Shown piece after piece: positions 6,832 through 13,161 of a stretch of 39,729 nt of DNA (within the stretch, counting starts at the first letter, position 1; the number at the start of each line of letters is the position of its first letter). A program made the translations under genes and the position numbers. Source of the stretch: a virus. Under the pieces are notes generated by a model, which saw only the letters and a program-made list of their open reading frames with translations, was not told the DNA's origin and ran no database searches. The stretch is taken from IMG/VR virus record IMGVR_UViG_3300028831_000290, positions 1 through 39,729 of that record; one strand, written 5' to 3'.

Positions 6832-7544
6832 CACCACCGCCAGGCGTAGCGCAGGTCGGCCGCCCACACGGACGGATAAGTTTGCCGGATGCGGAACGCC
6901 ATGCCGAGCCCGCGCGCCAGGGTGGCGGTGCGCTCCAGCTTGAGCGCGAACGGCGTGCCGATGTCGTCGGACCAGCTCTCCCATTGGTCGACGCACCCGG
7001 GCCCGGTCAGCCCGTAGGCGTTGGTACCGCAGGCTTTCGCGGGAGACCAGACCTGCTGGTGCTGGAAGTGCATCACCTTGCCGGAGCTCTGCTCGGTGAT
7101 CGTGCCCTCGGCGTAGAGGCAGTACGCCGCAACGGGGATGGTGCTGCGGACGTAGTGCTGCGGGCCGCCGGTGGGCAGCGACACCCGGCCGGTCCGGCAG
7201 TCGGCGGCAGCCTGCCACTCGGTGGTGGTCTGGACCTTGTAGAACGTGCCGTTGTCGAACCACCCCGGCAAGGTCACCCATTCGCCGACGGTGACGAACT
7301 GCTCGTTGTAGGTGGGCGGCCACTTCGCCGGGTCGCCCCATGAGATGCGAGATTCGGTGGTGTTCTGCGGGCTCCAGCTCCACTGGCCGGCGACCTGCGT
7401 GCCGGACCAGTACTGCCCGGCCGAGCGGATACCGGACATCGCGTAGTCGGCGTAGGTGGGTACGGTGGCCGCGGTGCTGGCCGGGGTCATGGCGAGCGAC
7501 AGCCCGGCCAGCACCGCAAGCGTGAGGGTGAGAAAGCGTTTCAT
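6831..7544 (-). CDS. Secreted Trp/Cys-rich protein with a signal peptide (237 aa)
   Basis: ATG 7544 follows GAAGGAAG. The N-terminus MKRFLTLTLAVLAGLSLAMTPASTAAT looks like a Sec signal. The mature part has four Cys and many Trp. No family recognised. Confidence 0.7.
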   Translation of the reverse strand: MKRFLTLTLAVLAGLSLAMTPASTAATVPTYADYAMSGIRSAGQYWSGTQVAGQWSWSPQNTTESRISWGDPAKWPPTYNEQFVTVGEWVTLPGWFDNGTFYKVQTTTEWQAAADCRTGRVSLPTGGPQHYVRSTIPVAAYCLYAEGTITEQSSGKVMHFQHQQVWSPAKACGTNAYGLTGPGCVDQWESWSDDIGTPFALKLERTATLARGLGMAFRIRQTYPSVWAADLRYAWRW

Positions 7545-7717
7545 GACTGGACTTCCTTCGTGAGCTGTCGCGCCTCGATGAGGTCGGCGATACCGCGCAG
7601 CATGTTGATGATCTCCGTGTCGCTGCGGTGGCTGGACCACTGCGCGCGTCCTTCGCGATCCACCAGCACGACGAGATCGGTGGCGTTGAGGCGTTCCTGG
7701 GTGATGTGCAGCATCAT
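7541..7717 (-). CDS. Hypothetical protein (58 aa)
   Basis: ATG 7717 overlaps the upstream TGA (ATGA), and its own TGA overlaps the downstream ATG 7544. Sequence begins MMLHITQERLNATDLVVLVDREG. Confidence 0.55.
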   Translation of the reverse strand: MMLHITQERLNATDLVVLVDREGRAQWSSHRSDTEIINMLRGIADLIEARQLTKEVQS

Positions 7718-7863
7718 CGAACCTGACTGTGAGGGTGGGCAGCCCCGGGACCGGGGAAGAGGTAGTCGCAGCCGCGCATCATGCCGACCACGGCGGCCAG
7801 GCCGAGCAGGAGCAGCACAACCGCGCGGCGGACGCCGTAGCGCGGGTAGGTCCGGCGCCGCAT
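7714..7863 (-). CDS. Small membrane or signal-anchored protein (49 aa)
   Basis: Not in the ORF track. ATG 7863 overlaps the upstream TGA (TGATG). Sequence MRRRTYPRYGVRRAVVLLLLGLAAVVGMMRGCDYLFPGPGAAHPHSQVR, with G/C-rich third positions. Confidence 0.6.
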   Translation of the reverse strand: MRRRTYPRYGVRRAVVLLLLGLAAVVGMMRGCDYLFPGPGAAHPHSQVR

Positions 7864-8366
7864 CAGAGCTCACCGAACAGCTGGTAAATCCGTTCCCGGC
7901 CGACGAACGGCGACGGGTCGGTCCGGCGGTGGCGGCCGCGGGTCGGCGCGGGAGTCATCGGCATCGCGGTGCCGTGCGGCGGGGTGAGCGGGTTGTACTC
8001 GTGGGTGAACAGCGTCGGCTCGCCGACCTCGCCACGGTCCACAAGGGGTTGCATGGCCTCGTGCCGGGCGGTGGCGATCGCCGTCTCGACCTCGTCCGGC
8101 CAGCGCATCGGCGTGGCGAACGTCTCGGTGACGGCTTCGCGGATCGACTCGACGCGCCGGGCGCGGAAGTAACGCCGCAGGCCGATCTCTTCCAGCGAGG
8201 TGAAGACCAGGCTGCCGCAGACGACCGCGCCGATCCAGGTGGCCGCGGCCTCCCAGGGCGAGGTGAGGTCGGGCAGCCGGAGCACGACGTAGCCGGCGAG
8301 GATGGTCATCCCGGCCACCACGCGCAGGGTAAGGATGCTGTCGGGGGCGTTGGATCGGCGGGTCAT
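7863..8366 (-). CDS. Membrane protein with 2 N-terminal TM segments and a cytoplasmic domain (167 aa)
   Basis: ATG 8366 overlaps the upstream TGA. TM segments VVAGMTILAGYVVL and ATWIGAVVCGSLVFTSL. Confidence 0.7.
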   Translation of the reverse strand: MTRRSNAPDSILTLRVVAGMTILAGYVVLRLPDLTSPWEAAATWIGAVVCGSLVFTSLEEIGLRRYFRARRVESIREAVTETFATPMRWPDEVETAIATARHEAMQPLVDRGEVGEPTLFTHEYNPLTPPHGTAMPMTPAPTRGRHRRTDPSPFVGRERIYQLFGEL

Positions 8367-8503
8367 CAGCGGGCCTTTCGCGGGTACTGGCGGATGAGGT
8401 AGACGATGGCCGCGGCCGACGCCATACCGACGCAGACGTGCAGGCCGGTCACGCCCAGCAGGGCGAGCAGGAGCACGGCGGCGGTACGGCGGCGGATGGT
8501 CAT
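8366..8503 (-). CDS. Small single-TM membrane protein (45 aa)
   Basis: Not in the ORF track. GAGGTAGACG precedes ATG 8503. Sequence MTIRRRTAAVLLLALLGVTGLHVCVGMASAAAIVYLIRQYPRKAR. Nearly all third positions are G/C. Confidence 0.65.
   Translation of the reverse strand: MTIRRRTAAVLLLALLGVTGLHVCVGMASAAAIVYLIRQYPRKAR
8393..8408. repeat. 16-bp perfect inverted repeat, arm 1 (partner 8501..8516)
   Basis: GATGAGGTAGACGATG on the + strand. Its exact reverse complement CATCGTCTACCTCATC is at 8501..8516, with a 92-nt spacer. Confidence 0.9.
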
Positions 8504-8516
8504 CGTCTACCTCATC
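8501..8516. repeat. 16-bp perfect inverted repeat, arm 2, covering the SD and start codon of the 45-aa gene
   Basis: The reverse complement of 8393..8408. On the minus-strand RNA this arm reads GAUGAGGUAGACGAUG, which is the SD plus AUG. Confidence 0.9.
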
Positions 8517-8519
8517 TCG

Positions 8520-8595
8520 GTGAACACAGCGGCCGGGGAGAGGGGACTCTCAGCCGGTGGCCCTTGTCTTTCGACTCCCCGGCCGCTGTGTTCAC
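8520..8595 (-). promoter_or_regulatory. Large stem-loop with a 21-bp perfect stem: attenuator/terminator or 5'-UTR structure
   Basis: GTGAACACAGCGGCCGGGGAG (8520..8540) pairs with CTCCCCGGCCGCTGTGTTCAC (8575..8595), with a 34-nt loop. Intergenic, with no U-tract on the minus strand. Confidence 0.5.
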
Positions 8596-8596
8596 T

Positions 8597-8625
8597 ACTG
8601 TACACCAGTGTGCAGCAGCTGTCTA
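8597..8625 (-). promoter_or_regulatory. Sigma-70-type promoter TAGACA-17-TACAGT
   Basis: On the minus strand the -35 is the reverse complement of 8620..8625 (it overlaps the upstream stop codon) and the -10 is the reverse complement of 8597..8602. It shares a 25-nt motif with 4575..4599. Confidence 0.5.
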
Positions 8626-9417
8626 CCGCCGGGCGTACGGGTTCGTCACGCCGCCCGCGGGCGGGCCGGCGGGGGCGGGCTGGCTGCGCGCCAGGATGTC
8701 CGCGGCCGCCTGGTTCATCGGCTCGCCGGTCTGCGGGTCGAACTGCGGGGGCTCCGGGTGCGCGGCCGCGGGTGCCGAGGCGAGCGGCTGGCCGGTGAGC
8801 GGGTCGAACCTCGGACCGGGTGCCGGGTGCTGACCGCCACCTGTGGGCGGGGTGGTGGGCGGCTGCCCCCACGGGTCGGCCGGGGTATCACGGCTGGGCA
8901 CCTGCGGCGGCATGGACGGCTGCTGCGCGGGCGCGGCGCCCGGCCCGTCGTCGAGGAAGCCGGCGGAAGTCTGGGCGGGCGGCTCGTACATCATCTCGAA
9001 CTGCCGCGGGTCACCCACCTTGCCCTCGCCCTTGAACCACCGGACGTACAGGTGCCCGCCCACGGCGAAGTCCTTGGCCCCGGCCTTCTTGAGCGCGTTG
9101 CGCGCGGCCTGGAAGTCCTGCTTGCCCTTGGTGATGTAGTAGTCGCGGACGCCGTCGTCTTCGTCGTCGATGGCCGGCTCCGGGCACTTGCCCGCGCCGC
9201 CCTCCCACGTGTCCAGCGTGATCGGCAGCTGCATGACCGGGTCGTTGGACTTCGGCCAGAACTTCGGCTCGCGGGTGGTGAAGTCGGTCTGCTGCCGGGC
9301 CTCGCCGATGTTGACGATCGCGCCACCGCGCCACTGGCCGAACACGCGCTTGGCGTCCTCGGAACCCCGCTCGCCGAAGCTGAGCGACTTGGAGCCGCCC
9401 TCGAAGAAACTGCCCAT
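8623..9417 (-). CDS. Hypothetical protein with a Pro-rich C-terminus carrying FDPxTGxP repeats (264 aa); a possible recombination or ssDNA-binding partner by position only
   Basis: ATG 9417 lies 4 nt after the exonuclease stop. The C-terminus contains RFDPLTGQPL and QFDPQTGEPM. No family recognised. Confidence 0.6.
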   Translation of the reverse strand: MGSFFEGGSKSLSFGERGSEDAKRVFGQWRGGAIVNIGEARQQTDFTTREPKFWPKSNDPVMQLPITLDTWEGGAGKCPEPAIDDEDDGVRDYYITKGKQDFQAARNALKKAGAKDFAVGGHLYVRWFKGEGKVGDPRQFEMMYEPPAQTSAGFLDDGPGAAPAQQPSMPPQVPSRDTPADPWGQPPTTPPTGGGQHPAPGPRFDPLTGQPLASAPAAAHPEPPQFDPQTGEPMNQAAADILARSQPAPAGPPAGGVTNPYARR

Positions 9418-9420
9418 GAT

Positions 9421-11328
9421 CTACTTGCCTTCCTGTTCGATCTGCCTGGTGCGGATGCTCGCGGCCTGCTCCAGCCGTGGCGGCCAGCCGATGCCGGCCT
9501 TGTTGACGGCGTCATCCCAGATCGCCGCGAGGTCGTCGAACGACGTGGCCGCCACGATGCGCTCGACGAAGGTGTCCTCCGGCGTCTTCACCGGTGCGGC
9601 CACGGGGGCAGCTGAGGGCCGGAACGGGTTGGCCTCGAACTGCTGCGCAGACGCCTGTTCGAGGTGCTCCAGAGCATTGCCTCGCTCCCCACCCATGGCG
9701 GGCTCGGGATCCGGCGGTACCGGGCCGGGCGCGTTGGTGACGACCGGGCTGAACGACTCGGGTTCGTCGCCGTACTCCCGTGCCACCGCGCCCGCCAGCT
9801 GTGTTTCGCTCATCACCCCCGGCTGGTTCGGCAGCAGCGTCGCACGCAGCGAAGGCCACGCGGGGTGCGCGACGATGTCCTTGGCGAGGTTTGCCCGGGT
9901 GCGGCTGAGATTGGTCAGGCCGACCCGACGCCCGACATCCTGTATCGCCGCCTTCGTCTTGAACGCTTCCAGCAGCGCATCCGCATCGAGCTCGGCAGCT
10001 GTTCGGCCGCCCGTGGCCCGTGCTTCCTGTGGGGTGGTGGGCTCGACGCGCTCGCCCTTGCTGTCCAGCGCGATGACCTTCTGGTCCTTGGACGACCAGG
10101 CCGGGTGGGTGCCCGCGTGCGGCGGCTGGACGGCGTTGCCGGTGCCGATCGCCGGGCCCGTGCCCAGCACGGCCTTCGCGGTGGCGCTCATACCCGCCGA
10201 GGTGTTCGCGTCCGGGCGGTCGGCCGGCTCGACGGGCTGCTGCTGGCCGGGCGCCTGCTGCTCGAACCACGCCTGGTTCTCCGGCAGCGATGAGACTGGC
10301 CGCACGCTGTTCGTCGCCGTGCTGATTCCGGCGCCTGGTTCTGCGGGTGCGGTGCGGCCAGTCACCAGCTCGGCTGTCATCTCCGGGCTCACCGGCAAGA
10401 TCTGCTCGGCACGGGCGACGGACATGGACACAATCCTGATGGGCTCGACGGCGGCCGCGGCGAGTGCCTTGTCCGACGGCGGAAACTCGGGGTGGTAGGG
10501 CGCGATGAGGTCCTTGCGGTTGCGCCACCGCCGGACCTTCGCGGCCAGCAGCGCGCCGTACCAGCCGGCGTGGATGTCGACCTCGTAGACGTGCGCGGCC
10601 GCGGTCTGCTCGTCGCCGACCGTGATGTCCACGACGATCGCGATGGTCTTGTCGACGTCAGGCATGGGCACGCGGTGCTGCGCGCCGGACTTGTCGAACT
10701 CGATCATCGTGTCGGCGTTGGCGTAGACGGCCAGCTGCACGGCGGGGGCGTGCGGGTACTCGACGACGCGGCCCGTCTTGCGGTCGCCGATCACCAGGCG
10801 CCCGTCCGCCAGCCGGAACACCGCGTCGAACTTGCCGGCGGTGCCGATCTGCTGGTTGACGCAGGTGCCTTCGGTCAGGACCTCGGTGATACCGAGCCGG
10901 TCGAGCTCCGCGCGGTAGCGCTCATACGTCACCCGCAGCTCAACGGCCTGGGCGGCGTACTCGTCGTCGGTCATGTCCGGCACGCGCTCGTGGAACTCGT
11001 GGAAGGCCGAGCCCCAATCGCGCTTCTCGTCGCCGCCGGACTTGACCTCGGCCTGCTCGATGATCTCGCGCCACACCCGCTTCTCGTCGAGCGGCGTAAC
11101 GGCGGCGCGGGCGGTCAGCGCGGGGCTCATGGCCACACCCTTCGCTGCCTTGCGCTGACCCCAGATCGCGAGGCCCCGGCCGTCGTCGAGCGTCTTGGCC
11201 AGGGTGGTCGCCCGGGTGTACGCCTGCTGTCCGGTGCCGTCGGCGTCGAGCAGGTAGCGCCCGTGGCGGTCGTAGCCCTGCGGATCGGGAGGCGGCGCCT
11301 CGGTGCCGAAGAACTCGCTGCTGTCCAT
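9421..11328 (-). CDS. PD-(D/E)XK (RecB/Cas4/YqaJ-like) exonuclease with a ~330-aa C-terminal extension (635 aa)
   Basis: I chose ATG 11328, preceded by GAGAGG. Motifs GKFDAV...VIGDRKTG and QLAVYA (QxxxY). The C-terminal half is low-complexity and unrecognised. Confidence 0.75.
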   Translation of the reverse strand: MDSSEFFGTEAPPPDPQGYDRHGRYLLDADGTGQQAYTRATTLAKTLDDGRGLAIWGQRKAAKGVAMSPALTARAAVTPLDEKRVWREIIEQAEVKSGGDEKRDWGSAFHEFHERVPDMTDDEYAAQAVELRVTYERYRAELDRLGITEVLTEGTCVNQQIGTAGKFDAVFRLADGRLVIGDRKTGRVVEYPHAPAVQLAVYANADTMIEFDKSGAQHRVPMPDVDKTIAIVVDITVGDEQTAAAHVYEVDIHAGWYGALLAAKVRRWRNRKDLIAPYHPEFPPSDKALAAAAVEPIRIVSMSVARAEQILPVSPEMTAELVTGRTAPAEPGAGISTATNSVRPVSSLPENQAWFEQQAPGQQQPVEPADRPDANTSAGMSATAKAVLGTGPAIGTGNAVQPPHAGTHPAWSSKDQKVIALDSKGERVEPTTPQEARATGGRTAAELDADALLEAFKTKAAIQDVGRRVGLTNLSRTRANLAKDIVAHPAWPSLRATLLPNQPGVMSETQLAGAVAREYGDEPESFSPVVTNAPGPVPPDPEPAMGGERGNALEHLEQASAQQFEANPFRPSAAPVAAPVKTPEDTFVERIVAATSFDDLAAIWDDAVNKAGIGWPPRLEQAASIRTRQIEQEGK

Positions 11329-11356
11329 GGTGCCTCTCATGTATACCGGTGTGCTC

Positions 11357-12964
11357 TTATGTCCACGACTGTACAGCATCGAGCACCCGGGACGCCAGCC
11401 GGATCTGCACCGCGTCGAACAGCTGGCCCGCCGTCATCCCGCGGACGTGGTGTGCCCCGGCGATGGACGCGCGTTTCCGTTGCAGCACGGTCGGGGTGCG
11501 GCGGCGGATGACCGGCGCCGGGATCTCCTGGCGGTTCGGCAGCATGGCGAACGCAGCCTCGTGCGTCAGCCCGACGCTCACCCACCGCGGCGGCCGGCCG
11601 TCCAGTGGCCAGCTGCCGACCGACCACCACGGATGCGGGTGGCGGTCCGGGCCGATGACGAACCAGATCTCCTGCTCGGTCAGCGAGCTGAACGGGATGC
11701 CGCCGTCGGTGAGCAGGTACGGCCGGTCCGACTTAATCAGCTCGACGTCTTCGAACCCGGCCACCCGCGCGCGCAGGCCGGCGTCCGGGTCGACCTCCGC
11801 CGGCTCATCGAGTTCGTCGTCTTCCCGATCGTCGTCTTCGTCGTCTTCCCGATCGTCGTCTTCGTCGCGCTCGGGCCGCTCGCTTGAGGTCATGTCGATG
11901 GTGCCATTCAGCGAGTGCCGGAACAGCACGCCGGTGGGATCCAGGATGATTGCGTCCGTCTTGCCGGGGTCGGGGCGCAGCAGCCGGCCGACCATCTGAA
12001 TGAACAGCCCCTCGTGCACGGTGGGCCGGGCGATCACCCCAGCTGAGCACCACGGCGCATCCCAGCCTTCCGACAGCCGGGTGCACGACACCAGCAGCTG
12101 GACGTCGCCGCGGCGGTGCTGCTTGTGCAGCAGCTTCGAGTCCTCGCGTGAAGTCACGCCGTACAGGCCGCCGGTCGTGATGCCCGCGGCCTCGAACCCC
12201 TCGCGGAAGTACTGGCCCGTGTCGACCGTCGGCGCGAAGCACACACCGGACCGATCGCGGGCGTACTCCAGGTAGCCGGCCACGATGGCATCCCGCACCG
12301 ACTCCCGGGATAGCTTCTCCCCCAGGTCAGCCGCATTGTAGTCGCCCGCCGTCTTGCGCACGCCGTCGAGCTGGATATCGGTGCGGATGTACTTGCCGAC
12401 GGGCCGGACGAGGAACCCCTGCTCGATGGCCCACTCGATCGAGAGCTGAAAGCTGATCTTCTGCCACACGGTGTCCAGGCCGCGGCTGTCCGCGCGTACC
12501 CAGGTGGCGGAGAACCCCGCGCACCGGACCTCGGTCCCCTCGTTCATCGCCCCCAGTCCATTGAGGACAGTCAACCACTGGTCGCTGACCGACCGGTGCG
12601 CCTCATCGCAGATGATCAGCCCGAAGCGGCCGAGCTGCGCCAGCCGCCGGGGCCGGCACGCAGTTTGCACGCTGGCCACCACGATGCGCGCGCCGGCGCT
12701 GTTCTCGCTCGCCTTGACGATCCCGATGCTCACCGAGTTGTCGATGCGCACCAGCTTGTCCACGGTCTGCCGGACCAGCTCATCGCGGTGCACGAGGATG
12801 AGCACGCGGGCGCCGCGCCGGACATGACGGTGAGCGAGGTGGCTCATGATCACGGTCTTGCCAGTGCCGGTCGCCGCGCTCACCCCGCACCGGCGGAGCC
12901 CGGATTCCCAGTCGTGCTCCAGCGCGGCAAGTGCGTCTTCCTGGTACGGCCGGAGCTCGATCAT
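11357..12964 (-). CDS. SF2 DEAH-box helicase (535 aa)
   Basis: Motifs ATGTGKT (Walker A), LIICDEAH (DEAH) and FSATW (motif III). An acidic repeat linker is followed by a C-terminal domain of about 130 aa. Confidence 0.85.
   Translation of the reverse strand: MIELRPYQEDALAALEHDWESGLRRCGVSAATGTGKTVIMSHLAHRHVRRGARVLILVHRDELVRQTVDKLVRIDNSVSIGIVKASENSAGARIVVASVQTACRPRRLAQLGRFGLIICDEAHRSVSDQWLTVLNGLGAMNEGTEVRCAGFSATWVRADSRGLDTVWQKISFQLSIEWAIEQGFLVRPVGKYIRTDIQLDGVRKTAGDYNAADLGEKLSRESVRDAIVAGYLEYARDRSGVCFAPTVDTGQYFREGFEAAGITTGGLYGVTSREDSKLLHKQHRRGDVQLLVSCTRLSEGWDAPWCSAGVIARPTVHEGLFIQMVGRLLRPDPGKTDAIILDPTGVLFRHSLNGTIDMTSSERPERDEDDDREDDEDDDREDDELDEPAEVDPDAGLRARVAGFEDVELIKSDRPYLLTDGGIPFSSLTEQEIWFVIGPDRHPHPWWSVGSWPLDGRPPRWVSVGLTHEAAFAMLPNRQEIPAPVIRRRTPTVLQRKRASIAGAHHVRGMTAGQLFDAVQIRLASRVLDAVQSWT
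11813..11860. repeat. 24-bp tandem duplication (x2 plus a partial copy) inside the helicase gene
   Basis: TTCGTCGTCTTCCCGATCGTCGTC occurs twice back to back. On the minus strand it encodes DDDREDDE DDDREDDE. Confidence 0.9.
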
Positions 12965-13161
12965 CGCACCTTGCCGTCACTAAATCGTCCGCCGCAGGGG
13001 CCGCCGTCGGGTTGCGTCATCATGTCGATCTGGTCGAACTCTGACGTCGCGACGGTCCATCTGTGACAACGGCCGCACTGCTGCCGCGGCGCGTTGCTAC
13101 GCAGGTGAGCAGGGATGCGTGGATCTGTGCCGTCACCGTACGGAATCCATTCACCAGTCAT
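12961..13161 (-). CDS. Small Cys-containing protein, possible zinc ribbon (66 aa)
   Basis: ATGA overlaps at both ends (polymerase stop and helicase start). Contains CGRCH and a distal CGG. Confidence 0.55.
   Translation of the reverse strand: MTGEWIPYGDGTDPRIPAHLRSNAPRQQCGRCHRWTVATSEFDQIDMMTQPDGGPCGGRFSDGKVR

Noticed and set aside
6103-7383. Single 426-aa minus ORF spanning the methyltransferase and upstream sequence
   Set aside because: Only the last 242 codons carry the methyltransferase motifs, starting at an ATG that overlaps the stop of the real upstream gene. That gene is the signal-peptide protein, which lies in another frame. The N-terminal 184 codons are out-of-frame read-through of that gene.
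8393-8516. The 16-bp inverted repeats as the ends of an invertible DNA switch
   Set aside because: No invertase or recombinase is encoded anywhere in the genome. RNA fold-back is the simpler reading. I cannot exclude host-mediated inversion.
8406-8798. + strand ORF starting with the same GAGGTAGACG-ATG context as the 45-aa gene
   Set aside because: The SD-like context exists only because of the inverted repeat. The product is Arg/Ser/Pro-rich with no hydrophobic logic, and the ORF runs through the 21-bp hairpin and antisense into the 264-aa gene.
8557-11511. Long + strand ORFs (352, 442 and 339 aa) across the exonuclease region
   Set aside because: They lie opposite minus-strand genes with nuclease motifs and stop/start coupling. 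Their products are Arg/Gly-rich.
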